Notes under the pieces: model-generated
What the model saw: the letters and a program-made list of their open reading frames with translations, nothing else
Told to the model about the DNA's origin: nothing
Databases searched by the model: none
Part shown: piece after piece, positions 20,257-29,623 of the stretch
Layout of the letters: each line of letters opens with the position of its first letter
Numbering within the stretch: the first letter of the stretch is position 1
Position numbers and translations under genes: made by a program
DNA from: Thermoplasmatota archaeon
Lineage (GTDB): Archaea > Thermoplasmatota > Penumbrarchaeia > Penumbrarchaeales > Penumbrarchaeaceae
NCBI GenBank assembly: GCA_048569615.1
Contig: JBLIRK010000002.1
Span: 8,390 to 72,389, forward strand
Direction of reading: 5' to 3'
DNA length: 64,000 nucleotides

Positions 20257-20883
20257 TCACCCCTCCCCTTCATCCGCCGTTAGATCGTAGTAATCATAGT
20301 CCATGGTCAGTGAGAATGAGTTGCCAGTGTCCTGGAAGCCCAATATAATTCCGGGAAGCCTCACGGGCACCCAGTTTCCCGCTGCGTCCATGGAGACGCT
20401 TACGGTCCAATTTCCGCTACCAGCGTTTCCCTCCTTGAAAGTATCTTTCAGGGTACTTTCCGGTACGACAACTTCAACCTCTATGGTCCCAGGTTGACCT
20501 ACGACGTTCCTCCCCACCTGTGAGCTCGTATTGCCGTAGGGATCCGCCACCGATACTGTGAACTGGTCCGGTTCGTTCTCATACTGGAAAACGGATGGTC
20601 TCGGCGTTGATGATTCATCGGACCAAGAGAGCCTCACGGTCATTGTCGTGATGACCCTGCCGCTCTCTGCAAGAGGATACTGTGCGCTTGCTCCGGTGTT
20701 CAACTCACCCGAATCGCCGGAGGAGCCTGATTGAAGCTCCAGTCCCTCGAACGGGTTCCCGGTATCAACACCCCCTGAACCCGAGCCAGCCGGAAGTTCA
20801 CCTCCGAAAACAAAGGAGGTCAGCATCATAGTGATGAAGACGCCTATGCCCATGAAGAAGACGAGCCTGTCCTTGCTGTTCAT
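20257..20883 (-). CDS. signal-anchored exported hypothetical protein
   Basis: N-terminal TM/signal helix, a Gly/Ser linker and a beta-rich domain. Translationally coupled to the OPT transporter gene. Confidence 0.55.
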   Translation of the reverse strand: MNSKDRLVFFMGIGVFITMMLTSFVFGGELPAGSGSGGVDTGNPFEGLELQSGSSGDSGELNTGASAQYPLAESGRVITTMTVRLSWSDESSTPRPSVFQYENEPDQFTVSVADPYGNTSSQVGRNVVGQPGTIEVEVVVPESTLKDTFKEGNAGSGNWTVSVSMDAAGNWVPVRLPGIILGFQDTGNSFSLTMDYDYYDLTADEGEG

Positions 20884-21001
20884 TGGATACCACGCCCTGG
20901 CCGAGTAAAGAGCCCGAAGGTAAGGGATGGGTTATCGGGCATGTGCAATATAAAGGTTCACCGGACCAGGTTGAAAAAGGAGCATGCTGAATGATCCTAT
21001 A

Positions 21002-24000
21002 TTACTCCTCACCGTCCTCCCATTCGCCCTCTACCTCCGTATATTCGATGGACTCGATCTGCGCCATGGCTTTCTTCCTCTGGTTCCTGGCATATACAAT
21101 CCCGAGAATTGCCGCCAGAACTACAATAACGATCACGATGATGGCGGCTATCATAAGGGTATTGTCATCTCCATCGGGTGAGGCGGTCCCTCCCGGCTCC
21201 CCTATCCTGACATCCTGCTCCCATGTGTCCGCGGGAATCCCACCGGGAATTCCCACCTGGACCCTTATGGTGTAATCCCCCTCCTCCATCGGGGCTGTGA
21301 AACCGATGCTCCAGAAGCCGTCATCATCGACGGTGACCTCCTTAGTTAGCACGCTCTCCCCGTCCTTGATAAGTGCCAATTTCACTATCCATCCCTCGGA
21401 ACCTATGGCTGTTCCCGATATGTTAACGGCGGCACCGGGTTCCCAACCTGTCTCATAGGAAGGGATGGACTGCACAGAGCCAAGTTCATGCACCTTGGAG
21501 TAGGAGGATGTTGTGGTTATCTCAAGAGTGAAAGGTTCCAGGAGAGGCTGCCCCTGGAGTCCGTATATCCCGGTTCCTATGGTCAGCCCGTAGCTCGCCT
21601 GCGCACCGAGGTACGGATACAACAATATTTCGGAACTCGTCAGCCACTGGACCTTGATGCCGTTCTCGTCGGGCTCGAAATCCAGAGCCTGCACGAACCT
21701 TGTCTTGTTCACGGTATGGGAAAGGGAGAGCCTCAGGGAGCCGTCAAGCGGGAAGGAACCCAGTTCTCCGGCATCCGGGTCAACTAGCTCGATTATTATC
21801 TCCGGCGGTCTGGTGGTAAATGTCGTGGTCCTTCCCAGAGGGAACATCGGTATCCCGTCCTCCCTTAAAAGGGAGGTTGAGATCCTGACGTGATAAAGGG
21901 TTCCCGTATCCAGTTCCTCATACGGGACAAAGGTCACGGATGTATTGCCGCCATCTGCCGAGTAGACACCGGTGACGGGTACGCTCGAGCCATCGGGAAC
22001 AAGAGAGATGGACCTCGTCCAATTGTCCCCGGACGGAGCCATTATCGGCTTCATGAAGGTCATCTGGATCTCTGTATCCGGCTCGACAGAGTCATCTCCA
22101 TCCTGCGGTATTATCGAGAACCAACCGGGAAGGAGATCAAGGTCTATGTCCCCCGCCTGATAGACCATTCCCGGTCTGACCTCCATCTCCATTTCATATG
22201 TTTCATATCCGTAGTAGGAGCCGTTGGCGGTCAATTCGGCGGTAAGGGACGGTCCTGAAAGATCGATTGTTATGTTGAAACTCCCTAGGGATGACGTCAT
22301 TCCTATAAAAGTACCGAACGAGACCTCGTAATCCTCTATCGCTCCTCCCTCGAAGAGCAGGGAGCCGTTTATGTACGAGAGGGCATAATCGGGTGTCCTA
22401 AAGACGAAGGAGAGCTCCTTCCAGAGAAGTTGAACGGAGCCCGAACTTGTTAAGAGCCCATCGCCTATGACGAGCTCGAAAAACGTCTCCATGGGCAGTG
22501 TGATAAGCGGATCGACCACATAAGTGAGCTCGTCCTGCTCCCCCGGAGGTGTAAGGTCTATCTTTCCGGCCCTGTCGCCGCTCTCGTCGAGCTCCCAGAG
22601 TGTGACGTTCAGGGAAGAGAAGACAATGGGTTCGGGGACATGGATGAGAAGGTCCGATTGGGGATCCACCGAACCGTCCGGATTTGCATCAACTGCTTCC
22701 ACCGTGACCGGAAGTTCATCCTCTGAAAGCGTGATGTTCATGTAGGACCTCTTTCCGGCCGAGACCTGGACGATATCCATCCTTGTGTTGTGATGGTCCG
22801 CTCCGATGTTGGCAAATACCGAACCCGTGGGAACCCTGGGGAACAGGACATTTCCAGAGGAATTTGTGTAAAGGATGAACTCGCCTTGATAGATCTTCTC
22901 ATCCTCCAGCTGCACCCATGCACCTTCCAGCGGTTTCTCCCCGGACTTCACGAAAACCTCCAAGGAACCCCAATCCTTCGGATCGATCTCGATCTCGGAA
23001 AGGTCCCTGATTTCTCCTTTTTCCACATCGACGGACGGGATCACAGTTCCATTGTAAAGATAGCTCTCCTCCACCTCCACCCTGTATGAACCCTTTGGGA
23101 TCGATTCGAAGCGGAATCCGCCGGATTCGTTGGTCTTCCTTCTCTGGTCCGAGATTATAATCCTGATATCCTTCACGGGTGTGCTGTCGGAAGAGCTCAC
23201 TATCCTTCCAACGACCTCGCCGGGGGGAAGCTCGGTTCGGAAGGTGCTCACCATAGCTCTCCATAGCGGGTATCCGCCTCCGTCTTCCTTCAGAGGCGTA
23301 TCGAGCCTTACTGCGTATTCCGTATCGAATTCCAGGGGCTCGACCGGATCGATATCGGCCTTCCTGTTCCCGTCCTTGGCCGCGAGGTCGAATTCCAGCT
23401 GCGTCATGCCCTCAACCTTCCATAGCTTGTAATTGGCCTCATTTGTGGTCGTGGTTGGATCCATTACCCTCCCGAAATCCACTGTGATGTTCTTGGTGAT
23501 GTTGACATCATTCCCTGTGGTCACCAGTCTGAAGGGCCAATCCTTTTCGGTCAGCCGGAAGGTGATGAAAGTGTCCCACCCTTCCTGCACGATCACATAA
23601 TCATGGACCTCTGTATCCGAGAGGGGTTTGAAATTGAGCTTTGTTACCTTCACGGTCGTATTCACCGATCTTACATTCTGATACGTCACGTTCCCTTCAG
23701 GGTCCGTGGCTTGTGTGAGGGGGAAAGGAGCGGTCGGGAAATCCAGGGGGTATTCCAACTCCACCCTTGCTCCTGGAAGAGGCTCCCCGCTCGTCTTGTT
23801 CAATACCTGTATGGTGAGGTTGCTCGTCGGGTAGGTAATGACTTCAAGAGAGCCTGCTGGAACATGGGTCGTATTGCCAGGGTAGATATGGGTAGGACAG
23901 ACGTACAGGTCCTTATCCTGGGCTGGCCCCTGATAATAATTGGGGAGTATGCCGACCCTGTAAGGCTGCAGCTTAAGATCCTGGGGGGGTGTTCCCCAGG

Positions 24001-24286
24001 TATCGGAATCTACAGTTATGTTGAAATTACCGGACAGATCTGCTGTGGCGTTAAAGAACAGCTGTGTGTCCGGGGGCTGGGCTTCCCTTCTCATCGTTTC
24101 GCATGATACCGTTATCTGGGTCGTGGCATTCCTGACCTTCCCGGCTATCCATGCATCAAGAGTACCAAACAAATTCTCCCCGCCTTCGACTTCGCGGGTG
24201 GCACCCATGACCAGGACCAGGGAAGCGGTCAATAATACTGCTGTTATCGCAGTGCAGGCGATCCTTCTTCGGAATTGCTCTTCCAT
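21002..24286 (-). CDS. giant type I surface protein with a CarboxypepD_reg-like domain and Ig-like repeats, C-terminal TM anchor
   Basis: Signal peptide MEEQFRRRIACTAITAVLLTASLVLVMG. Internal CarboxypepD_reg-like segment (..GRIVSSSDSTPVKDIRIIISDQRRKTNESGGFRFESIPKGSYRVEV..). C-terminal TM IAAIIVIVIVVLAAILGIV and a short acidic tail. ATG confirmed at 24286. Confidence 0.8.
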   Translation of the reverse strand: MEEQFRRRIACTAITAVLLTASLVLVMGATREVEGGENLFGTLDAWIAGKVRNATTQITVSCETMRREAQPPDTQLFFNATADLSGNFNITVDSDTWGTPPQDLKLQPYRVGILPNYYQGPAQDKDLYVCPTHIYPGNTTHVPAGSLEVITYPTSNLTIQVLNKTSGEPLPGARVELEYPLDFPTAPFPLTQATDPEGNVTYQNVRSVNTTVKVTKLNFKPLSDTEVHDYVIVQEGWDTFITFRLTEKDWPFRLVTTGNDVNITKNITVDFGRVMDPTTTTNEANYKLWKVEGMTQLEFDLAAKDGNRKADIDPVEPLEFDTEYAVRLDTPLKEDGGGYPLWRAMVSTFRTELPPGEVVGRIVSSSDSTPVKDIRIIISDQRRKTNESGGFRFESIPKGSYRVEVEESYLYNGTVIPSVDVEKGEIRDLSEIEIDPKDWGSLEVFVKSGEKPLEGAWVQLEDEKIYQGEFILYTNSSGNVLFPRVPTGSVFANIGADHHNTRMDIVQVSAGKRSYMNITLSEDELPVTVEAVDANPDGSVDPQSDLLIHVPEPIVFSSLNVTLWELDESGDRAGKIDLTPPGEQDELTYVVDPLITLPMETFFELVIGDGLLTSSGSVQLLWKELSFVFRTPDYALSYINGSLLFEGGAIEDYEVSFGTFIGMTSSLGSFNITIDLSGPSLTAELTANGSYYGYETYEMEMEVRPGMVYQAGDIDLDLLPGWFSIIPQDGDDSVEPDTEIQMTFMKPIMAPSGDNWTRSISLVPDGSSVPVTGVYSADGGNTSVTFVPYEELDTGTLYHVRISTSLLREDGIPMFPLGRTTTFTTRPPEIIIELVDPDAGELGSFPLDGSLRLSLSHTVNKTRFVQALDFEPDENGIKVQWLTSSEILLYPYLGAQASYGLTIGTGIYGLQGQPLLEPFTLEITTTSSYSKVHELGSVQSIPSYETGWEPGAAVNISGTAIGSEGWIVKLALIKDGESVLTKEVTVDDDGFWSIGFTAPMEEGDYTIRVQVGIPGGIPADTWEQDVRIGEPGGTASPDGDDNTLMIAAIIVIVIVVLAAILGIVYARNQRKKAMAQIESIEYTEVEGEWEDGEE

Positions 24287-24342
24287 CGGCTCAACCCCAT
24301 TTTCATGACTTCGGAATGTATCCCCTCATTAATTTTGAATAT

Positions 24343-24369
24343 AAAAAAAGGGTGGGCTCCTGCCCACCC
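24343..24369 (-). terminator. intrinsic-type terminator hairpin (8-bp GC-rich stem, 4-nt loop) followed by a T7 run on the minus strand
   Basis: Plus strand AAAAAAA-GGGTGGGC-TCCT-GCCCACCC. Lies 22 nt downstream of the stop of the 1242-aa gene and just upstream of a TATA-like element for the next gene. Confidence 0.55.
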
Positions 24370-24391
24370 TTGTCGGGTAGCTACAGAGGAT

Positions 24392-27300
24392 CTAATCCTC
24401 CTCCTCTTCCTCGAGCTCTTCCATGTCTTCCTCCTCGTCTTCCATTTCCATCTCTTCCTCCTCTTCCGCCTCCTCTTCCTCATCAAGCTCGTATTGGTCG
24501 GACATCTCCTCGTCTTCCTCGTCTTCCAGCTCCATGGATTCCTGGTCGGAGAAATCGTAGCCGCACTCGGAGCATTCCTCATCGTCGGGGTCCATCATGT
24601 TGCCGCACTTGGGGCACTTGTAGGCCTCTTCCTCGAACTCCGCCCCGCAGTGCGGGCAGACCGTATCATCCGCCGAAACCAGATGGTTGCACTCAGGACA
24701 CTCGAACTCCTCCTTCAGCTCCTCCTCGATATCCCTCTTCTTCGACTGGGTGTAGAGGAACACAACAAGGGCTGCGATGATCAGGACGAATATCCCGATT
24801 ATTATCCAAATCCACCAATCGAGTCCCCCGCCATTAACGTCTGGTTGTTCGCCAAGGAGAAGGTTTCTCGTGTATTCGTTCTTCAGGACGTCCTTGGAAG
24901 CGTGGTAAACCTCTATCAGGAGCTTGTAGTTGCCGTACTCGAAATCCGTGAAGTCCAGGTCCACCTGTTTCTGCTCCCCGAGGGCCAGGTTGATTGTCAC
25001 AAGCTCATCGTATTCGGAGTCATCCTGGGATTCCAGTTTGATGTAAACAACTACCTTTATCGGGTAGCCGGCATCGTTCGTCACGGTGACGGTCAAGGGT
25101 CCTGCCCTCTGCGCATCGGAGGGAAGCTCGGGGAACGGCTCCAGATCCCTGTCCAAAACATTGATGGTTGTGAAATAGACGAGGAAATCGGTTTCTATCC
25201 TGGCTCCGTTCGCACCGTACTCGCCGGATTCGATAAGGATGTAGTATTCGGTGACGCTCTCGAACTCGTCATGGGTGATCTCCACCCTCCTGCCCGGATT
25301 CTGCCAGTCGAATTCAATGTTTCCAACCGGCTCCTCCGTCTCGGCATTGTAAAGCTGGAACGCCGCCTCGATCATCGTCTCGTTCACCTCATACGGTGAA
25401 AAGAACAGGGTTATCTCCTGGTCGGTCTTCACCTCGTCATTTTCAATATCGGCCTGCGGGGGAGTCTGCAGCGTGATGGTGACGGGCAGAAGGGATGTCC
25501 TTATCTCTATCTTCTCTCCCCTCACAAGAGCCGGGAGGCCGTCCGCGGCTATGAGCTCCCGGTCGAACTCACCATCGGGGAAATCGGAAACTGACAGGAC
25601 GTAATCCTGGTCGAAATCCAGATCCTGGACGGGATTTATCATCACCACCTTCCCATCCTCCGAGATGTTGACGGCTATCTCCTCCTTCACAGTGGACCTC
25701 AGCGTGAAGTTCTCTACGAAGGTTGATATGTCGTTGTGATTCAGTTCCTTGGAGAAGGTTAGCTGGATATTTCCGCCCGGTACCATTCGGCCCTTCCAAT
25801 CCTTGGGGTAGAATACCGAGAACCAGTCAGGCAGCCTCTCAAGCTCGAAATCCGTATTGTTCAGGGATCCGCCCGAAATGAGTTTCTTACCTGGTATCTC
25901 ATTCACCGATAGACCCAGTTCGGTCCCGTTGGCTATCACCGATACGCCTGTGAGCTCCACTTGTTCCATGGGAATGTCAACGAGATAGTAACCATTGTTG
26001 GTTGTGAGATCCTGGCCCAGGACATTTCCTCCCTGCATTACCTTGACGGATATCCCTCCAACAGGTTTTTCGTTCACCATGACCCTTCCGTTCACAGCCG
26101 CGCTGTCCAGAGATTCTGTCTTGAAATGGACCGTCACATCCCTCCAGAGAGGATTTAGGCCTGATTGATCGGCCACGTCTTCCTTCACAACAAGTGAGTA
26201 ATCCTTGTTGTATTCCAGATCTGACCTGGGATCGACATACCACCTTTTGTATCCCGTTTCGTTGTAAATGTCAACCGGTACAGAAACCGCTCCGGGTCCA
26301 ATGATGTATATATTGTCGGAGTTCATCGTATCAATGTTCATATTCACTTTGAAATCAAGGATGAAATTGCTCTCCACATCTATAATGGGAGGAGGCGATC
26401 CTGGAATGAGATCTATATCGACCGTTCTTCCCCTTGCTTTGATATCGATGGGGAGATTGTTCTCCACCATAGTAACGTTCCTCACCGTACGGTCCTCATC
26501 CTCCGGGAAGACCTGGAATTGTTTATCATCGTAGTTCGGATAAGTGGCCCTGAACTGGGTGGTGATGTCTTTTCTGATATCGGGGAAATCGACCATGCCC
26601 AGGGCATCAGTTACCAGAGATTCCATCGTGAACTGGTTCGTGATCGTGACTCCCTCCATCGGCTCCTCGTCCTCGTTCATCACATGGAACTCGATGGTTC
26701 TAACGGGGTGTTTGTTCAAGACCAGCCCTTCGATGAGCAGCTCGTCGCCCCTTTGGATGGTAAAATCAACTCCCTGGGGATCTCCGAAATAGAGGTACTG
26801 ATCTATCGATCCGCCCGTGTATGTCGCCGTGGGACCGAAAACATAGATCGTGTGAGCGCCGTCCGACTCTATCGTTACGTTGAATTGGCCGTCGACGAGC
26901 TCCTCCTTGAAATTTGAATCAATGTTGTACAATGAACCGTCGGGTGCAGGGTCCATTGTGCCGTTGATAAGTACGGTCCCGTAGATGAAACCGGGTTTCA
27001 CATGCGTTGTGAATGATGATGTGAATGTCCTCCAAAGGATCTCAGTTCCCGTTTCATTCTGGACCCTTGGAGTCACATATATGTTGTATTTGGTGTTGTA
27101 TTCCAGGTCCTGCTGGGGAATGAGGTAAACCAGGTCACCGCTGGGATTCCAACTGTAGGAAAGGGGTACATTTCCTCCGCCCTCCTTCTCGAGCCAAACG
27201 GTATTCTGGTTAATTGTTCCCTTCGACATAGGATCGTCGAAGATGACGAAGATATTGGTCTTTGTCTTGTTCGATTCCACCTTGGTCGCCCCATCGCTGG

Positions 27301-28120
27301 GGCTGAAAGACTTCACCAGAGGGTCCTCGATAAGCGTTATCCCGTAGCTCTCCGTTTGATCCTCCGAGATAACGAACCGCTCGTAGCCGAAACCGTTCGG
27401 AGTGTTAAAATGCTCCTTGACGAAGTTGACGGTTATGTTGTTCTCGGGATTGTCGATACCTGTCTGGAGTCCGTAGAAGACCACATTCCCGGATGCGTCA
27501 GTTCTGAGGTCCGATCTGGCCGAGTTGAACGGAGGATGTTTTGGGAAATTGAACTCCACCCCCTCGAGGGGCTCCCCTGAGGATCCGTTATAGACGGTCA
27601 GAGCAAGGTTGCCGAGCTCACCAGGTATGAACTCCAGCGTTCCATTGGGAATATTGTACGGCAGCGGAGTGCTCTGCCAGAATACCCACGGAACCGGCAT
27701 ATTGTAGATCCCCCCTCCCGTTTCATTGTATCCGTACCTGTCAACCAGCTGGAAAATGAACGGGACCGAATGGTCATGCAGGTCGAAGCGTGTGAATTCC
27801 AGGGTGAACTCCATTGTATTGGTGTTCCAATCCGCAGGCCAGTTTGCTATATACGGCCCAAGACCATCGTTCGGGGGTGTAGCATTCGTATTCAATCCGG
27901 AAACCTGAATGGTAGTGTTCATATCCTCTATACCATATACTGCGTCATTATAATTGACAGCATCGAGGTTTGCTATGAAACCATGGAAATATCTCTCATT
28001 CGCCCATACCGGGGCAATGGGAGCATCACCGCTCGTGGGTGTTGAAATCACCATAACAGCAGACAATGTCATCAACATGACCGCAAACATGACGGAGCAT
28101 TTTCTAATTTTCATTTTCAC
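24392..28120 (-). CDS. giant type I surface protein with a cytoplasmic double zinc ribbon and a poly-acidic tail
   Basis: Signal peptide, a ~1050-aa beta-rich ectodomain with many N-glycosylation sequons, and TM WIWIIIGIFVLIIAALVVFL. The cytoplasmic part carries CPECN..CPHCG and CPKCG..CSECG ribbons, then ~45 residues of Glu/Asp. The track start 28120 is GTG; the ATG is at 28114. Confidence 0.8.
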   Translation of the reverse strand: MKMKIRKCSVMFAVMLMTLSAVMVISTPTSGDAPIAPVWANERYFHGFIANLDAVNYNDAVYGIEDMNTTIQVSGLNTNATPPNDGLGPYIANWPADWNTNTMEFTLEFTRFDLHDHSVPFIFQLVDRYGYNETGGGIYNMPVPWVFWQSTPLPYNIPNGTLEFIPGELGNLALTVYNGSSGEPLEGVEFNFPKHPPFNSARSDLRTDASGNVVFYGLQTGIDNPENNITVNFVKEHFNTPNGFGYERFVISEDQTESYGITLIEDPLVKSFSPSDGATKVESNKTKTNIFVIFDDPMSKGTINQNTVWLEKEGGGNVPLSYSWNPSGDLVYLIPQQDLEYNTKYNIYVTPRVQNETGTEILWRTFTSSFTTHVKPGFIYGTVLINGTMDPAPDGSLYNIDSNFKEELVDGQFNVTIESDGAHTIYVFGPTATYTGGSIDQYLYFGDPQGVDFTIQRGDELLIEGLVLNKHPVRTIEFHVMNEDEEPMEGVTITNQFTMESLVTDALGMVDFPDIRKDITTQFRATYPNYDDKQFQVFPEDEDRTVRNVTMVENNLPIDIKARGRTVDIDLIPGSPPPIIDVESNFILDFKVNMNIDTMNSDNIYIIGPGAVSVPVDIYNETGYKRWYVDPRSDLEYNKDYSLVVKEDVADQSGLNPLWRDVTVHFKTESLDSAAVNGRVMVNEKPVGGISVKVMQGGNVLGQDLTTNNGYYLVDIPMEQVELTGVSVIANGTELGLSVNEIPGKKLISGGSLNNTDFELERLPDWFSVFYPKDWKGRMVPGGNIQLTFSKELNHNDISTFVENFTLRSTVKEEIAVNISEDGKVVMINPVQDLDFDQDYVLSVSDFPDGEFDRELIAADGLPALVRGEKIEIRTSLLPVTITLQTPPQADIENDEVKTDQEITLFFSPYEVNETMIEAAFQLYNAETEEPVGNIEFDWQNPGRRVEITHDEFESVTEYYILIESGEYGANGARIETDFLVYFTTINVLDRDLEPFPELPSDAQRAGPLTVTVTNDAGYPIKVVVYIKLESQDDSEYDELVTINLALGEQKQVDLDFTDFEYGNYKLLIEVYHASKDVLKNEYTRNLLLGEQPDVNGGGLDWWIWIIIGIFVLIIAALVVFLYTQSKKRDIEEELKEEFECPECNHLVSADDTVCPHCGAEFEEEAYKCPKCGNMMDPDDEECSECGYDFSDQESMELEDEEDEEMSDQYELDEEEEAEEEEEMEMEDEEEDMEELEEEEED

Positions 28121-28342
28121 ACCTTCTCCAATTTGCCGTTTTTTATTCCACCTTGGGTATTTATCCTCTTTCGTTAAGGTCCGAAACCCTCTGGACTATA
28201 CTCGGGATGTGCATTATTTAAAATTTTCCGTCTGACTTTCTTATCTTTTATAAGCTTTTATATACGATTTCGAAATCTATAGTAATCAGCTATTTCTCCT
28301 AGAGAAAAAGTTCAAATAATATTGAGTACATTCAAAATTAAC

Positions 28343-28356
28343 TAAATAAATATACT
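28343..28356 (+). promoter_or_regulatory. TATA-box-like element for the ArsR-like regulator operon
   Basis: TAAATAAATATACT centred ~31 nt upstream of the ATG at 28381. It sits in a 260-nt AT-rich divergent intergenic region shared with the 1242-aa surface protein gene. Confidence 0.35.
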
Positions 28357-28380
28357 GGACCAAGTGATGGAGAATGACAT

Positions 28381-28785
28381 ATGGTTGAAATGATGGGCTT
28401 GATAGAATATTTGAATATATTGAATGATGATAAACGTTGCATCGTGATGGATTTCCTTTACGAAAGGCCGAGCGGCTCCTCATTCAAGGACATCTCGAAA
28501 GCAACTAATATATCTCCCACAGCCCTTGCATACCACCTCAAACATCTTGCCAGGACGGGATTGGTGCAGAAAGAGTTCAGGAACATCGAGGGCAGGAGGG
28601 ACTATTCCTTCTATACAGCAACAGAGAAGGGCAAGATCATATACACCATGATAGAGGCTGCTTATCGGAGGGAGTCCATGATCGAAAGGGGGGTAGCGGG
28701 TCTGGCGGACCATGGCAGCCTGATAATCCTACCTTCAAGGATAGGACCCCGTTGTTTCACCATCCAACCTGAAGGGGAGGAGTGA
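28381..28785 (+). CDS. ArsR/SmtB-like winged-helix transcriptional regulator
   Basis: ..FKDISKATNISPTALAYHLKHLARTGLVQKE.. is a typical ArsR-family HTH. ATG at 28381. Overlaps the next gene by 4 nt (ATGA). Confidence 0.7.
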   Translation: MVEMMGLIEYLNILNDDKRCIVMDFLYERPSGSSFKDISKATNISPTALAYHLKHLARTGLVQKEFRNIEGRRDYSFYTATEKGKIIYTMIEAAYRRESMIERGVAGLADHGSLIILPSRIGPRCFTIQPEGEE

Positions 28786-29156
28786 AAATGACTGAGAAGA
28801 AATCCCAGAAAAGCGGACAGGACCTGAAGATCGTTAGGAGCTCGGACCACCGCAGCCATTACGTGATCGGGGCGATTCCCCAGTGGACGGATACGGACCT
28901 GAGACTTCATCTTTACAACGAGGTAATGGAAGGTCCCGGGGGACCCTATTATGTTTCCACCTCACTGATAATCCTGCCGAAAAACACCGTTTCCAAACTG
29001 CTCGATGTTCTGAAGGCCGCCGTCAGATCGGAGGGGGTTGTACAGCAAACTGAGGCAAGCGCCCTTCCGCTTGATGTTGCCATTGCCGTAGATAGGGAGA
29101 TCTTCGAGAGGGAGAAGAAACCAAAAAAGAAAGTACAGAAGATAAGAAGAAGATGA
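28782..29156 (+). CDS. hypothetical protein (124 aa, basic C-terminal tail)
   Basis: Start overlaps the stop of the ArsR-like gene. No recognisable domain. Confidence 0.5.
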   Translation: MKMTEKKSQKSGQDLKIVRSSDHRSHYVIGAIPQWTDTDLRLHLYNEVMEGPGGPYYVSTSLIILPKNTVSKLLDVLKAAVRSEGVVQQTEASALPLDVAIAVDREIFEREKKPKKKVQKIRRR

Positions 29157-29161
29157 TTTCG

Positions 29162-29521
29162 TCAGGAAAGGGCTGTTTTGACAGCGTTCCTTATCGTATC
29201 GATGTCCGCGGGCTTCTCCAGAAAACAGTCGATGCCCATTTCCTTGACCGTATCCCTTATGGACTCATCGGCGGTCAGGAACAGTATCCTCTGGTCCGGA
29301 TCCATCTCCAGAACGGACTGGGCAAGGTCCGTTCCCGACATTATAGGCATCCTGTGGTCTATGATGATAAGGTCGGGCTTCTTCTCTAGCCCTTTGTAGT
29401 ATCTGAGCGCTATCTCTCCGTTCAAAGATTGGGCCACTATCCTGTGGCCCATATCCTCCAGTATGATCGCCATCAGCTGCTGTATCGTTGGTTCGTCATC
29501 AACTATCATAATATCGGCCAT
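29162..29521 (-). CDS. stand-alone response regulator receiver (CheY-like REC) protein
   Basis: ..MIVDDEP.. acidic pocket, the conserved phospho-acceptor Asp (..LIIIDHRMP..) and ..EKPADIDT.. ATG confirmed at 29521; the track ORF starts at 29530. Confidence 0.75.
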   Translation of the reverse strand: MADIMIVDDEPTIQQLMAIILEDMGHRIVAQSLNGEIALRYYKGLEKKPDLIIIDHRMPIMSGTDLAQSVLEMDPDQRILFLTADESIRDTVKEMGIDCFLEKPADIDTIRNAVKTALS

Positions 29522-29623
29522 TGGAACCACCTGGAAGGACTGGAGACAGCTACATTTTTCAAATCGAATATTACCCTTAATAAAGCTACCTCTTTGTTAT
29601 CGATATTGATATCCATACACTGC

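Noticed and set aside
24275-25399. 374-aa plus-strand ORF, Leu-rich
   Set aside because: Lies entirely antisense to the 1242-aa surface protein gene. The Leu/Phe-rich low-complexity sequence is the mirror of the Glu/Asp-rich acidic tail codons. Shadow ORF.
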